NCBI RefSeq assembly: GCF_009914755.1
Contig: NC_060926.1
From: the human T2T-CHM13v2.0 reference genome, Homo sapiens
DNA: 64,000 nt
Reading direction: 5' to 3' (one strand)
Each line of letters starts with the position of its first letter. The first letter of the stretch is position 1. Below the pieces are notes generated by a model. The model was not told the DNA's origin. It did not search any database and saw only the letters and a list, made by a program, of their open reading frames with translations. Positions 43,281-55,604 of this stretch are shown in pieces. Both the position numbers and the translations under genes were made by a program.

Positions 43281-43919
43281 CTCGGATACCCCCAAACCAC
43301 CTCCATGGTCTTCCAGCAGCCTGAACATTTATCCATTTATGGAGGTCAGGGTGTGGGTCCCACTGCAGCCTGCTGCCCCATTTAAACTTTATTTCTGAAT
43401 CTGTACATTTAAGCAAACCACTTTGTTTCAGAGGCATCCAGAGAGTAGCCTTACTTAACCTTCTTCTGGAGGTGTGTCTATTTGGTGGAGAATGGTGGAG
43501 GGGCCTGGAGGGAAGGAAAGGGAGGAGCCAGTAGGGAATTTTCACAGTTTTCCACCAGATGAGGCCAAAGCCCAGAAGTCAGACAAATCCACGATTCTCC
43601 TGGCATTCTACAGAGTTGCCAACTCCCTGCCCTGCTCTTTGCTCTCATTATTCCTCTGGGGTGGTTTCCAAGGGTGGAGAAGTGTAGGCTGAGGAAATGT
43701 CTGTGTTGAGGGAGGGCAGATGCTGTGAGGAGGGAGGTGTTTACACCAAGCATCGAGCCAGGCCTTGGAGTCACAGGGACAGGCCCAGAGCAGGAAGTGT
43801 CCTCCAAGCTAGAAGTCCTCTAGTTCAGAGGTTCTTTGTCTCCTCAAGAACCTCCTGGAACCTCCTGGACATTGTAGCATCCTCTGCAATAGCCACTACC
43901 CCTAGCAGTGCAGATGGAG

Positions 43920-44095
43920 TACTGTAGTGAAATGAACAAATTTTTTGGAGCTCAATAACTCTGGGTTCAAATCCCACGTCTGCTTATGAGCTGAAAGATC
44001 TTGAGTAAGTCCTGTAACCTCCCTAAAGATCAGTTGAGATTACCAATATCCACTGCCTTGGCTGTTCTGAGGTTGAAATGAATCACGTTAAACAA
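43920..44095 (+). mobile_element. MIR
   Basis: 'ctgggttcaaatccc...cttgagtaagt...tgaggttgaaatgaa'. Confidence 0.65.
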
Positions 44096-44650
44096 ATAGC
44101 AAATGGTGGCTTTAATTAGTAGAGGGTTAGGGGGCAGCCAGACAGTGGCAGGACAAAAAAGGAGGGCTGCTTGTCCTGTAGGCAGTAGCAAGGAGCGGGA
44201 GTGGATTCCACAGTGAAGCAGCTTCCAAGGGCTTTTTGTAAGCAGCCCCTATGCTGGCTCTGGGAGAGCTCTGAGAAACTAGTTTGAAAAGCATAGAAGT
44301 CATAAAATAGCACCAGTATTTTTTTTCTAGTGTGAGCAAAAATATTCATGCAGACAAATCCAAGCCAATCTTCTGGGACTAAGACTCTAAATATTACTTG
44401 TGAGTCACCCCAGCTTCCTTCCAAGAGAAAGACTCCCCCATCCCCTCACCCAACACCCCCGTCCGTGACACATTAAGATTGTAGCTTTTCAGCTTCTTCC
44501 ACCAAACTCTCAGTCCCTCATCGTGGGCATGAGGACAGCCCTGTGTGCAGAAAACGTGTTTCTCCATTTCGGTCTCTCTCTTGGTTAAAGCCAATTTCCA
44601 AAAAAACCAAAACCACCTTATCAGAGCAAGACCCATGTCAAGCTCCGCAG

Positions 44651-44669
44651 CAGGCACTAGGTGGCGCTA
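44651..44669 (+). promoter_or_regulatory. Candidate CTCF binding site
   Basis: caggCACTAGGTGGCGCTA matches the CTCF core CCASYAGRKGGCRS at all positions except the first; CpG retained; lies in non-repeat sequence. Confidence 0.6.
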
Positions 44670-44706
44670 GATCCCATGTTATTAAGGCAACTCTAAAGCT
44701 GCGCCC

Positions 44707-44761
44707 TTTTCTGGAAAAATGTTTCTGTTGTGAGATCCTCTCTTTCCCAGAGACCTGAGAC
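44707..44761 (+). repeat. 55-bp direct repeat, copy 1 (copy 2 at 45980-46034)
   Basis: 54/55 identical by direct comparison. Confidence 0.95.
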
Positions 44762-45714
44762 CACCTCAGTTTATACCACAAGCTTAAAGCGCCACCAGAA
44801 GATCGCATACTATCTCAGGAGCCCCAGCTTTGCTGCTAACCTAGTCCTTTTCAGGGTGTGGCTGTGGAAGGAGTTTCTAGACCTGAGGCTGGAGACCCCA
44901 AGTCCTTTGCTGAACTGTAAATAATATTAGGAACAAGTAGTCCATTTCAACTTCTGCTCTGCCCTGAGGCGCAGGAAGGAAAACAACTTTTTCCCTTAGG
45001 AGGAGGTGAGGAAAAAAAAGAGGCAGATCCTAGAAGCTCCTTTGTGAGAGCAGCCAAGCATCTTCCCTGCCCTCTCCCGCAGAATGGAGGCCCACCCCGA
45101 CCTCAGGTCATTTCCTTCCATGGCCAGCCCCCTCTCAGGGTGAAACATGATCCTCAGTGCCCCTCTGGAGGTAAGCTGTAGGTTCTTTTTTTCTCCAGGG
45201 ATCTGAGCTGAGGTTGCCCTGAAATGCCTGTTTAATTTCATTGCCGAGAGCACACCTTCTCATTATTTCGAGAGCTGTGACCCCAAAGCACTTATGAACA
45301 ATAGCAGCAACTGGCAGTTATAAGCTATTTACAGTTTTCTAAGCGTTATGAGCACTCTTGATGCCTGGAGAGGCAGGTGAGTTGCATTTTCTGTTTGCAG
45401 ATACAGTGACTGACACCCCAGGGTCTCATTGGAACTGCTGGCACTGATGTTGTCTCTTGGAAATGATGATGATCATTGTTGCTTATTATAATTTTCACTG
45501 TTATGTTCCCTTTGATGTGTAAGAGGCCAAACAGAACACAAGCTTTTGGTTAATGGGTTTCCTGTTGGCTGAGTCTATCTGGGCTGAATGTGGAGAACCA
45601 CTGAAAGGAGGTGAATGCCCTGAGCAGACCTTTACCTTCTTGGCCATGTGAGAGTTTACTGCAGTAGGAAGCTGGGCTCCGCAGAGTAAAGGGCAGGTGT
45701 GTGGGGAAGCCTTC

Positions 45715-45909
45715 CTTGCCCCTTCCACCGTGTGAAGACATAGGGAGACGATGGCCATCTATGAACCAGGAGGCAGGCCCTCCCAAGGCCTGTTGCTGGC
45801 ACTTTGATCTTGGACTTCCAGCCTCTAGAACTGTGAGAAAAGAGTGCCTGCTGTTTAAGCCACCCAGTCTGTGCTATTTTTGTTAGAGCAGTCCGAATGG
45901 ACTAAGACA
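45715..45909 (+). mobile_element. MLT1A-type LTR 3' half, followed by the start of internal sequence
   Basis: 'tgtgaagacatagggagacgatggccatctatgaaccagg...tggacttccagcctctagaactgtgag...gactaagaca', then 'gaaattgg'. Confidence 0.85.
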
Positions 45910-45979
45910 GAAATTGGCATGCCTCTGTGACGTCGCAGAGACATTTAAGCCCTCAAAGAGGCCAGCCCCCTCTCAGGGT

Positions 45980-46034
45980 TTTTCTAGAAAAATGTTTCTG
46001 TTGTGAGATCCTCTCTTTCCCAGAGACCTGAGAC
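45980..46034 (+). repeat. 55-bp direct repeat, copy 2, preceded by an exact 20-bp copy of 45122-45141
   Basis: Direct comparison. Confidence 0.95.
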
Positions 46035-46819
46035 TAAATGGTGCAATATAGTTGAGGCAACACAGTATATATAAATAAAAAGAAAATGAATGACTCAAAG
46101 AAGTTCTAGCAAGAGTCCAGAAACCCAATATCCTAGCTTGGCCGTGCAGAGGTTCCCTGTAGGGCAAAGAGGGGGGAAGGAGTTGGTGGGGCTGGGAAGA
46201 GGGGGAGGAAAGGCCCTGTTAGGTGTATTCCTGTTAGGAATACCTGGTGGCCTTTGCTGGGCTTTACTTTCTGCATAAGAAGTGGTTTTCCCCAAGCTGA
46301 CGTCCAGGCTCTAGATGTCCAGCTGGGGTGTAATCAAAGGCTTTGGGCACCAAGTGCCTGGCTGATGTTTTGCACCTACCGGATACTCTTAAGTCCAAAG
46401 TTGCCAGGCACTGACTGCCTTGAGCATTGTTGAGATTACCACAGAGACAGCCTGTTCCATGGCCCATGAAGTCAGAGAGAGGTCACCTAGGAACCGGTGG
46501 GCTTCACCTTCTAGCTCACATCCCCACAAGTTTCTGCTCCTCGGGTCCTCAGAGGCTTGGATGAAGTTCAGGCCCATCACCCCCACCCCATCACAAACTC
46601 TCCCCCTTCCCTTCCACCACACTTTGGGAAAGTACTTCTCTTCCCTCATATTTGCTTGAAGAGCTTTTCTTTTAAAAATAAACACAATTATCGTTTTATA
46701 GGAAATGAACATACATGTAGAAATCCAACAAAAGGATTTATAGTAAAAAATAGGTCTCCTTCCCACCCCTGTCCCCCAGCACCCAGGTTCTCTTCCAAGA
46801 GGTACCCTCTAATACTCCT

Positions 46820-47935
46820 TGTTGACAGAAAGAGCCAAACTCTGTAAAATATTTGCAAAGATTTATTCTGAGCCAAATATGAGTGACCATGGCCCATGAC
46901 ACAGCCCTCAGGAGGGCCTGAGAACATGTGCCCAAGGTGGTCAGGGCACAGCTTGGTTTTATACATTTTAGGGAGACGTGAGACTTCAATCAAATACAGT
47001 TAAGAAATACATTGGTTTGCTCCAGAAAGGTGGGACAACTTGTAGGTGGGGGAGAGGTGGGGGCTTCCAGCTTATAGGTAGATTTTAAAGTTTTCTGGTT
47101 GACAATTGGTTGAGTTTATCTAAAGACCTGGGACCAATAGAAAGGAAATGTTTAGGTTAAGATAAAGGATGGTGGTGACCAAGTTTTATTGTTCTGAAGA
47201 AGCTTTCAGCAGACTTCAGAGAGAGCAGGTTGTAAAATGTTTCTTATCCCACTTAAAAGGTTACCTGGCTCTTAGTTGAGTATCTCCTGGGTCTGGAAAG
47301 AAAGAGGAAAAAGGAGGGGAGGGGAAGGGAAATCTCCATAGAATCTCTATAGATTCTCCATAGATTTTTCCCACAAGAGACAACCTTGCCAGGCAATTTC
47401 AAGATATGGCAAGAAAATATATTTGGGGTTTAAATATTTATATTTCCTTCCTTATTTGTTATGTGATGTTATGCCAGAGCCAGGTTGGAAAGCAGACCAC
47501 CTTATATAGGGGGGTTAAATAAAAATCCTTCTACGCAGTGCACGGTGGCTCACGCCTGTAATCTCAGCACTTTGGGAGGCTGAGGTGGGTGGATCACTTG
47601 AGGTCAGGGGTTCCAGACCAGCCTGGCCAACATGGTGAAACCCTGTCTCTACTAAAAATACAAAAATTAGCCAGGTGTGGTGGCACACACCTGTAATCCC
47701 AGTTACTTGGGAGGCTGAGGCACAGAATCGCTGGAACCTGGGAGGTGGAGGTTGCAGTGAGCCAAGATCACAGAACTGCACTCCAGCCTGGGCAACAGAG
47801 CGAGACTCTGTCTCAAAAAAACAAAAACAAACAAACAAAAAACCCTCTGATGAGACTGTATGGTTTGTAGGGTGTGACTCCCGAGGCCCCTTAGGTAGGA
47901 ATTTGGGGAAGATAAAAAAAAAGTCAGAGTTTAGA
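46820..47935 (-). mobile_element. MER4-family ERV1 solo LTR interrupted by an Alu
   Basis: 'agatttattctgagccaaatatgagtgacc...gaacatgtgcccaaggtggtcagg...gcttggttttatacattttagggagac'. Confidence 0.85.
47533..47836 (+). mobile_element. AluS (Sx/Sz-like)
   Basis: Full Alu with (CAAA)n tail; degenerate TSD aaaaatccttct/aaaaaccctct. Confidence 0.95.
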
Positions 47936-48204
47936 TCTCCCTCTTCTTTCCCTGCCCACCCAAGCCTCTTCTGTCCATTCTTTTCTTGTTTCCAGAATTT
48001 TGTTTTTTAACAAAATGGATCCTGTTACTCCTTATTGTCCTCAGGACATGCAAAATGCAAACTCCTTAGGCCAGAATACAAGTGCTTTCTCATCAGGCCA
48101 TGCAGACACCTCCAGCCTCATCACCCGCAAAGCCGGGCCGAACAACTTTTTAGCGACATGAATCTGTGCTCTTATTTACGACTGTGTGTTTTTATTTTTT
48201 TCCT

Positions 48205-48600
48205 GGCCTAGATATTTTTAATATTGTGATAAAATATAAATAACATAAAATTGGCCATTTTAGCCATTTTTAAGTATACAGTTCTGTGGCAGTAAGTGCA
48301 TTCACATTGTTGTACAACTATCACCACCATCCATCTCCAGAACTTTTTCCGCGACTGAAGCTCTGTACCCACTAACTTTCCATTCCTTTTTCTCCCCAAC
48401 CCCTGAAAACTAACTACCATTTTACTTTCTGTCTTTATTATTTCACTACTCCAGGTGCCTCCTGTAAGTGGAATCATAAAATATTTGTCCTTTTGTGATT
48501 GACATTGCTAAGCATGATATCCTCAAGGTTCACTCATGTCAGAATTTCCTTCTCTTTTAAGGCTAAATAATATTTCATTGTATGTAAATCCTACCCACTG
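48205..48600 (-). mobile_element. L1MB 3' end
   Basis: 'ccatttttaagtatacagttc...cattcacattgttgtacaac', 'aagtggaatcat'. Confidence 0.85.
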
Positions 48601-50260
48601 TATAGTTTTAAAAATAATTATTAATATACTTCATACACACAGTTTTGTTCTTCCTCTGTTTCAAGTTCACCAATCTCATTCCCCCAGAGACAGTCACTGC
48701 TTACTAATTTCTTGTATTTGCTTCCAGATAAGTTTTATGCATATTATAATAAAATACAAATATATCCCGCCTTTTAATCCAAATGATAACATGCAATTTA
48801 CACTTTTCTTGTCTGCTTGTTTAAAATTTAGTAATATAGCCTGGAAACCTTTCTGTAGCAATACATACAGAGTTTTTTAAATTGTTTTTTTGTAGCCGTG
48901 TATTCAACTGCATGGATATACTCCAATCCAGCAAAATTTTCTATAAAGGGCCAAATAGTAAATATTTTAGGATTTGTGGGACAGCGAGTCTCTTGGGAAA
49001 CTGCTCAGTTCTCTGTTAAGGTGCAAAAGAAGTCAGAGACCATGTGTAAACAAAGGAGCATGGCTGTGTTCCAATAAAACTTTATTTATGGACTCTGATT
49101 TTAGAATTTTATATAATGTTCATGTGTCACAAAATGTAATTCTCTTTTGATTTTTTTCAACCATTTAAACATGTTAAAACGATTTTTCCCTTGAAAGTCC
49201 TACAGTAACAGGAAGAAGGCCAGATTTGGGCCCTGATGGTAGTTTGCCAACCTCTAACTTATTTAACCAGTTCCTTATTAATGAGCATTTAAATTGTTTC
49301 TAATCGTTTGCTGCAATTTATAACCTTGTATGTATAGCACTTCATATGCATGCAAATATATGTATCTGTGGAGTAAGCTCTAAGAAGTGAGATTGCTGGG
49401 TTAGATGATATATGCATTTGCTATTTTGGTAAATATTGCTAAATCGCCCTCCTAGGGGCTGTACTAGTTGACATACCCACCAGCAATATATGGAAATGTC
49501 TGCGTATTTTCAAATTTGGGTTTTTGCAAATGTGAGAAATGAACAAAAAAAAACAAGGCATGTCAGTACTTTTAATTTGCATTTTTCTTATCATGAAGAG
49601 GTTGAACATCTTTTCATATGTTTACTAGCCATTTGTATTTATTTTCACTATTGTTCTATAAGCCACTTTTTCACATGCTTTGCTCGTATTTTCATTGGTC
49701 TTTTCTTTAGAGGTTTATGTATCTTTATAATTTAAAGAAATTAGCCCTTTGCTGAGTTTTGTGTATCCTTTACAGATTTGCATTTGTTTTCGACTTTGCT
49801 TATATACAGGTTTGATTTTTGTTTGTTTCACATGCAAGAGCTTAAAAAGTTTTTTTCAACTTTTATTAGTTGACTTAATCAATTTCCTATTTTATAGTTC
49901 CTGATTTGTGAGTCAGGATTAGGAAAGACTTTCCCACTCTAAGATTATGAAAGATTTCTCCCACATTTTCTCTTGGTACTTGTGTGGTTTTATTGTTTAC
50001 CTTTAAATGTTTAATCCATGTGGAATTTATTCTGATATATGGTGTGAGGTATAGCTCCAGCTCAATGTTTTTCAAGATGGCTACCCAGGAATCTCAACAA
50101 CACTTATTGAATTCTCACTGAATTTGGAATGCTTCCTTTATCATATGCTAAATTCCTGTATATATTTATATTCTTAAACTGTTCCATTGGTCTCTCTATC
50201 TATTCATGTGCTAGTACTATGAAGTTTTAATTGTCAAAGTACTATAATATGTTTTTATGT
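48600..50260 (-). mobile_element. Old L1M (MC/ME) fragments
   Basis: 'taagaagtgagattgctggg', 'gttgaacatcttttcatatgtttact', 'ttaatccatgtggaatttatt'. Confidence 0.75.
48925..49256. mobile_element. MER58B (hAT-Charlie)
   Basis: 'taaagggccaaatagtaaatattttagg', 'ctgtgttccaataaaactttatttatgga', 'tagtttgccaacc'. Confidence 0.85.
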
Positions 50261-50274
50261 TTGTTGTTCTAGTC

Positions 50275-50490
50275 CAGGGTTTCTCAACATCTTGGGCCAG
50301 ATATAATTCTTTGTCATGGGGGGCTATCTTGTGCACTGTAGGATGTTCAGCAGCATCCCTGACCTCTACCTATTAGATGCCAGTAGCAGACACTTGCACA
50401 CACATGTGCATACATGCACACACACACAATTGTGGAAAGCAAACAAAAAGTCTCCAGTTGTTGCCAAATGTACCCTGGGGGTCAAAATTA
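50275..50490. mobile_element. MER20 (hAT-Charlie)
   Basis: 'gtgcactgtaggatgttcagcagcatccctgacctctacctattagatgccagtagc'. Confidence 0.85.
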
Positions 50491-50662
50491 CCCTGTTGGG
50501 CTAGTCATTCATCACTGTCCTTTTTCACAGCTTCCTGTTTGTTTACTTCAGCCTTGTGTGTTTGCACATGTTGTTCCCTGTACCTGGAATGTCCTCCTCT
50601 TACTTTCTCATCAGAGATCAGCTCAGGCACTGTCTCCCAGGAAGCCTTCTCATGTCACCCTG

Positions 50663-51036
50663 TGTATTAGTTCATTCTCATGCTGCTATAAGAACATACC
50701 CAAGAATGGGTAATTTATTTAAAAAAGATTTAATTGACTTACAGTTTCACATGGCTGGGGAGGCCTCAGGAAACTTATAGTCATGGCAGAAGGGGAAGCA
50801 AACATGGCCTTCTTCACGTGGCAGCAGGAGAGAGAAGTCCAATGTGAAGAGGGGAAAAGCCCCTTATAAAACCATCAGCTCTCATGAGAACTCACTCACT
50901 ATCACAAGAACAGCATGGTGGAAACCATTTCCATGATTCAATTACCTCCCACCAGGTCCCTCCTATGACACATGGGGATTATGGTAACTACAATTCAAGA
51001 CGAGATTTGGGTGGGGACACAAAGCCAACCATATCA
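50663..51036 (-). mobile_element. THE1 (C/D-like) MaLR solo LTR
   Basis: 'tgtattagttcattctcatgctgct...gagatttgggtggggacac...ccatatca'; perfect 5-bp TSD ccctg. Confidence 0.92.
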
Positions 51037-51529
51037 CCCTGCTCTATTGTGTGCCTTGCCCAACCCCATATGTGAATCCCCATCATCCTCTATGGAAATG
51101 AGCCCTTTGCTTTGTCTCTCACCCGTCACCAGGGGTCTCATTCATGTCTTTATCTCCAGCCTCTGGCTGAGCCTGGCACAGGGCAGGTGCTCTGTCAGTA
51201 TTGTTGGATGAAAGGATGAGTGAATACTTCTTTGACCCATCTCCCACTAATAGCGAGATGTTCAGTCAAAGAAGACATGGGTAAAGGATGAGATGTTAAC
51301 TCTTGTCCAGAGTGAAGCCTGGTGCCAAGAAGCAACAGGAGGTGGGGAGAGTCTAGCATGTGTTGAGTGCCTACTATGTGCCAAGCATGGCAGTAGATGA
51401 GACTTCTTCAATCTCCTGTTCCAAATCTCTGCTGTCCACAGCTATCAGGATGCACTCAGATGCTTAGAAACAGGAAAACAAGGAGAGCTGGGGAGCACCA
51501 AAGGGCCTCTGTAGTTTCCTGGGAAAGCA

Positions 51530-51745
51530 GGATAAACACTGTTAAGAGCATGAGCCCTGGAGTTGGACAGCTTAGGTCAGATCCCTACTCTATCTACTTA
51601 CCAGGTATTTAACCTCCTTAAGTCTCAGTTTCTTCATTAGTAAAAAGGGGATAATAAGAGTACCCACCTTGGAGGGCTTCTGTAAGAAACTAAAGCATTT
51701 ATATTCTGCTGAGACATAGTAAACATTCAACATATGGCAGGCTCT
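51530..51745 (+). mobile_element. MIR
   Basis: 'gttaagagcatgagccctggag...agtctcagtttcttcattagtaaaaggggataataagagtacc'. Confidence 0.8.
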
Positions 51746-52152
51746 TAATATTATTTCCTCTTCTATCCGCGAACTGCCTGAGATGTTTTTTCTAGCTGGG
51801 CATTGGTTTAAAAGTCCCCGAGACTATGGTAGACCCAGGGTGGGATTGTTTTTCCAGGGCTCCTTGCAAGGAACTAGGAGAACTCTGGCAGGAGCATCCT
51901 CCGGGAGCAGCAGGGCCTCCTCAGGTGGGTTGTTTGTGGTCAGACAGGTCCTCCCAGTTCCCTCCACACTGAGAGCATTGGAGAGAAAAGAGCAAAATGA
52001 AGTGATTACCCTGAGGTACAGGCCATACTGAACACTGTCTGTGAAACAATGGTGGGGTTTGGGGTCCTCTTTGGCACTGACTTAATTTTTTCCTAAGCCC
52101 ATGGGCTTAGGGGCCAGAAAAGCACCAGGTACTGCGTTAGCAGTGTCCCTCA

Positions 52153-52298
52153 GGCCAGATGCAGTGGCTCGTGCCTGTAATCCCAGCACTTTGGGAGGCT
52201 GAGGGTGGAGGACCCCTTGAGCCTAGGAGTTCGAGACCAGCCTAGGCAACATAGCTAGACCCTGTCCCATTTATATTAAAAAATAAATTTTTAAAAAA
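52153..52298 (+). mobile_element. FLAM_C (free left Alu monomer)
   Basis: Left arm only, with A-rich tail; TSD core agtgtccct on both sides. Confidence 0.88.
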
Positions 52299-53249
52299 GA
52301 AGTGTCCCTGAAAGAGTTAACACCAAAAGTATTTGCTAAAGATCTTAAATGAAGTAATTTTTTTTCAGTTACTTGCATAGGAGAAAATAATAGTAATAAG
52401 TAACACCTGCTGAGCCCTTAAATGCAGGCATGGTGCGCTACCTGCTTTACATTGAGTTATGTGACCCACCTGCATGTTTCCTCTCTCAGACCAGGTCATC
52501 ATCTGGTGATGGGGTGGGGGTACAGTTGCTATACCCTCATTATGAATTTCTTTATTAACCTTAGTCCTGTTTACCTCTAACCTAGAGGCTTCTGAGCAAG
52601 CGCCCTCCTGTCTGCCATGCTCTCCTCTGGGCAGGTTTAGCTGAGAGCTGGAAGCAGAGATGAGTCAGACATGAGTACAGTCTTGGTCTTTAGGGGCTTT
52701 TATCCCACAGCTGATTGTGGCTAGAGGGGGTGGGGCTGTTTTTAGCCCAGCTTGCAGCCTTACCCCCTGCTGCTTGCAGCACCATCAGAAGCATACCTGC
52801 TCCAAGAGAGAAAACAGACTTTGACCACAAAAGAACACATGCTTCTCTTTTGCATGTCCTCGGATGCCTACTTGGGATCGCATGGGTGCTGAGAAGATGC
52901 TGTTGATGGTTTGCCCTGGTTGTAGCTGCATTTCTAGGGGTGTGGCCTAAGCCAGGCAGTCGGGGTGAATAGGGCTTCTCCTTTCAGAGGTTCTTCCAAG
53001 AAGGGAAAATCGTGTGCCCATTGATTTTGTTTCCACCACAATCTTTGTCCAGGCCATCCATCACCTTTCCCCCTGAATCTACAACCCCTTCAGGGGTGTC
53101 TCTGTTCCCACCCTTCTCCTGTCCTATACAGTCTGCACTTGATGGCCCAGAGCAGCCTTCCTCTGACTGTTCTCATCAAGTGGCTATAACCACAGTGCTC
53201 ACCCAAGGCACACTGGGGGAAATTCAAGCTTCTCCTGCCCTTTTCCTAA

Positions 53250-53550
53250 AATACTCATGACCACCAAACACTATTTATTCCAGTATATCTTGTGGAAGGG
53301 GTTGTTGCTGAGTATTAAGCAAAAAACTTTATTTTTGTATATTCAAACTTATGGAATAAGTTCAGGAAATACTGAGTTAAAAGGGTTAAAGTGTTGGTTT
53401 TTCAACTGCAGGACTTCTCAGACTCTTTGAGATGCTGATGTACACAAGGGGTATGGGCTGCATGTTTCTACATGCTGATTTGATATAGAACCCTAGATAG
53501 AGCATCTCGCAAGACCAGTGGTCCCTGGAACCCAGCTTAGAAAACACTGC
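53250..53550. mobile_element. MER112-like hAT element
   Basis: 'actgcaggacttctcagactcttt'; end 'ttagaaaacactg'. Confidence 0.55.
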
Positions 53551-53739
53551 CCCAAAGAAGTCTCCTGAGAAAAATGTATTGCTGTTGATCTTTCAGCCTT
53601 CGTCACTGCTATCCTTCCCCTAAAGGGCTTGCCTTCAGCCTCTCTACCCATCCTGGTTCCCCCAGTGCTTTGGAACCAGGACAGACACACTCTGCTCCTA
53701 ATAAGCATTTCATAGTCAGCCCCAGCCCAGAGCTCTCCT

Positions 53740-54830
53740 TATCATTCATTCATTCATCAAATATTTTTTGAGCATTTACTTTCTTCCAGGAGCTGTGCTA
53801 AGAGATATAGTAGCAACCAAGGAACATTCCAGTAGGAAACAGACAGGTAAGTAGATGGGTTTAGTATAGTGTGAGAAGTACAATACAAACACACCCAAGG
53901 ATAGATCCAGATTGAGTCTTGGACAGTCGGAAAGACTTCCAGGGGAAAAAAAATGGCATCTTTTCTTCATTTCCACACTTAGCAATTTTTCTATATTGGT
54001 TTGTCATTTATTCATTTAATCACCAATCATTTATTGTGGGCTGGGCACTGTGCAGAGATAGTAATCAGACTTGACTTGAGGACGATAAGAAATCACTGAA
54101 GGGATTTTAAGCAGAGAAAGGACATGATCTATTTACACTGGTAGATGTCACTTTGAGTGTAGGAAAAGTGGACCGGCCAGGGCAAGGCTTGAGGCAGGAA
54201 GCCAGCTAGGAGACCACTGCATGAACCCACATAAAAATGAGGACCTGGGCTAGGGAAGTAGCAGGAAAAGTGGATTTTGACAGATATCTAGGACAGAGCC
54301 AACAGGACTTGGACAGCAATGGGATGTGGGGGAGTAAGAGGGAATAGTTTAGGATGATGTTCTTTCCCCCATCCTCCTTACGTCCCACCCCCGACTCCTG
54401 TTTCTGGTGAAATATTCAAACAGGAGTGGGGGTGGGACATAAGGAGGATAGGGAACACAGGATGAAGGGCAGGTTACAGGGGTCCACGTGCGAGGGGAAG
54501 ATAATGTGTTCAGTTTTAGACATGCTGAGCTCATGATTCCAATTCCTTTGGACATTCCAGTGGAGATATCTGGCAGGCTGATTTTTCTCACGAGAGAAAT
54601 CATGTCTGGAAATACAGATCTGAGAAGCAGCAGCAACATATGGGTGGCCACCAAAGCCGTGGACTCAGTCAGCACCATTAAGCCAGAGTGATGGGTGAGA
54701 TGGGTGACAAGGGCCCCCCTTGCAGCAGGTGGGTGACAAAAGAAGAATCAGTGTTGCAGCATGGGAAGGACTGCCCAGAGAGAAAGGAAGTGAACCAGGA
54801 GAGGATCTAGAAAAAGGACACTGGGCAATG
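53740..54830 (-). mobile_element. L2 fragments
   Basis: 'cattcattcattcatcaaatattttttgagc', 'gaagggattttaagcagag', 'ttcagttttagacatgctgag', 'ggacattccagtggagat'. Confidence 0.8.
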
Positions 54831-54989
54831 AGAGCTTGGAGCGGGCCTCTGCACCAGGGGAGGGGTGGCTTTGACTGGCAGATACACATGTCTAGTACAC
54901 GTGGAGGGTATGAAAACTCCAGGGAAAGAGAGGGGCAGCAGGAGCTCCCTCTTTTTGTAAAACAGGCTTTCTCTTAGGCGTAGCCTTCT

Positions 54990-55170
54990 AACTGATCTGC
55001 CCCACTATCCTCAACCCACTCTCCACTTCATAGCCAGATAGGTCTTTTCAAAACACATCTCTGATCACATCACCGCCTCTCCCCCAGCTCTATTAAAAAC
55101 CTTTTGATATTTCTATGGCTCTTAGCATGCAGACCAAACTCCTACCTGGCCTGGCCTCTACTTCCTTCTC
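54990..55170 (+). mobile_element. L2 fragment
   Basis: 'tagccagataggtcttttcaaaacacatctctgatcacatcac...ccaaactcct'. Confidence 0.65.
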
Positions 55171-55604
55171 CAGGTGCACCTTCTGCCAGACTCTCTTGCT
55201 CTCTCCCCTGCAGCCAGCTGGCTTCCATTCGGCCTCGCAGACTCGTTGCATGGGTGTTACATTGTTGCTGTCAGAGCCATGTCCACCCTTCCCATCCCGT
55301 GGTCCCCCGATCTGCTCTGTGTCACTGGGGGCTGTTCCAGGCTCCAGAGCCAACTGCCTTCCAGTAAAGTTCAGCCAATGGGGAGTGAGGGAGGGCAAAA
55401 GATATTGGAGGTGAAGGAAGGAGAAGCCAGAGTACTTCTCCTGCTTCTCTTTCTCAGGAGTCTCTTCTGTGGCTGCAGTTCCCACTACACAGCCATCTCT
55501 GTGTGATCCCTGCTACCCATCTTGGCAGGCCCTCTTTGTTCCAGCTTATCTTGTCTTAGGCTCCAGAAACTGTTTCTTTCCTTGTTCTCCAGCTTCCAGG
55601 GTGG

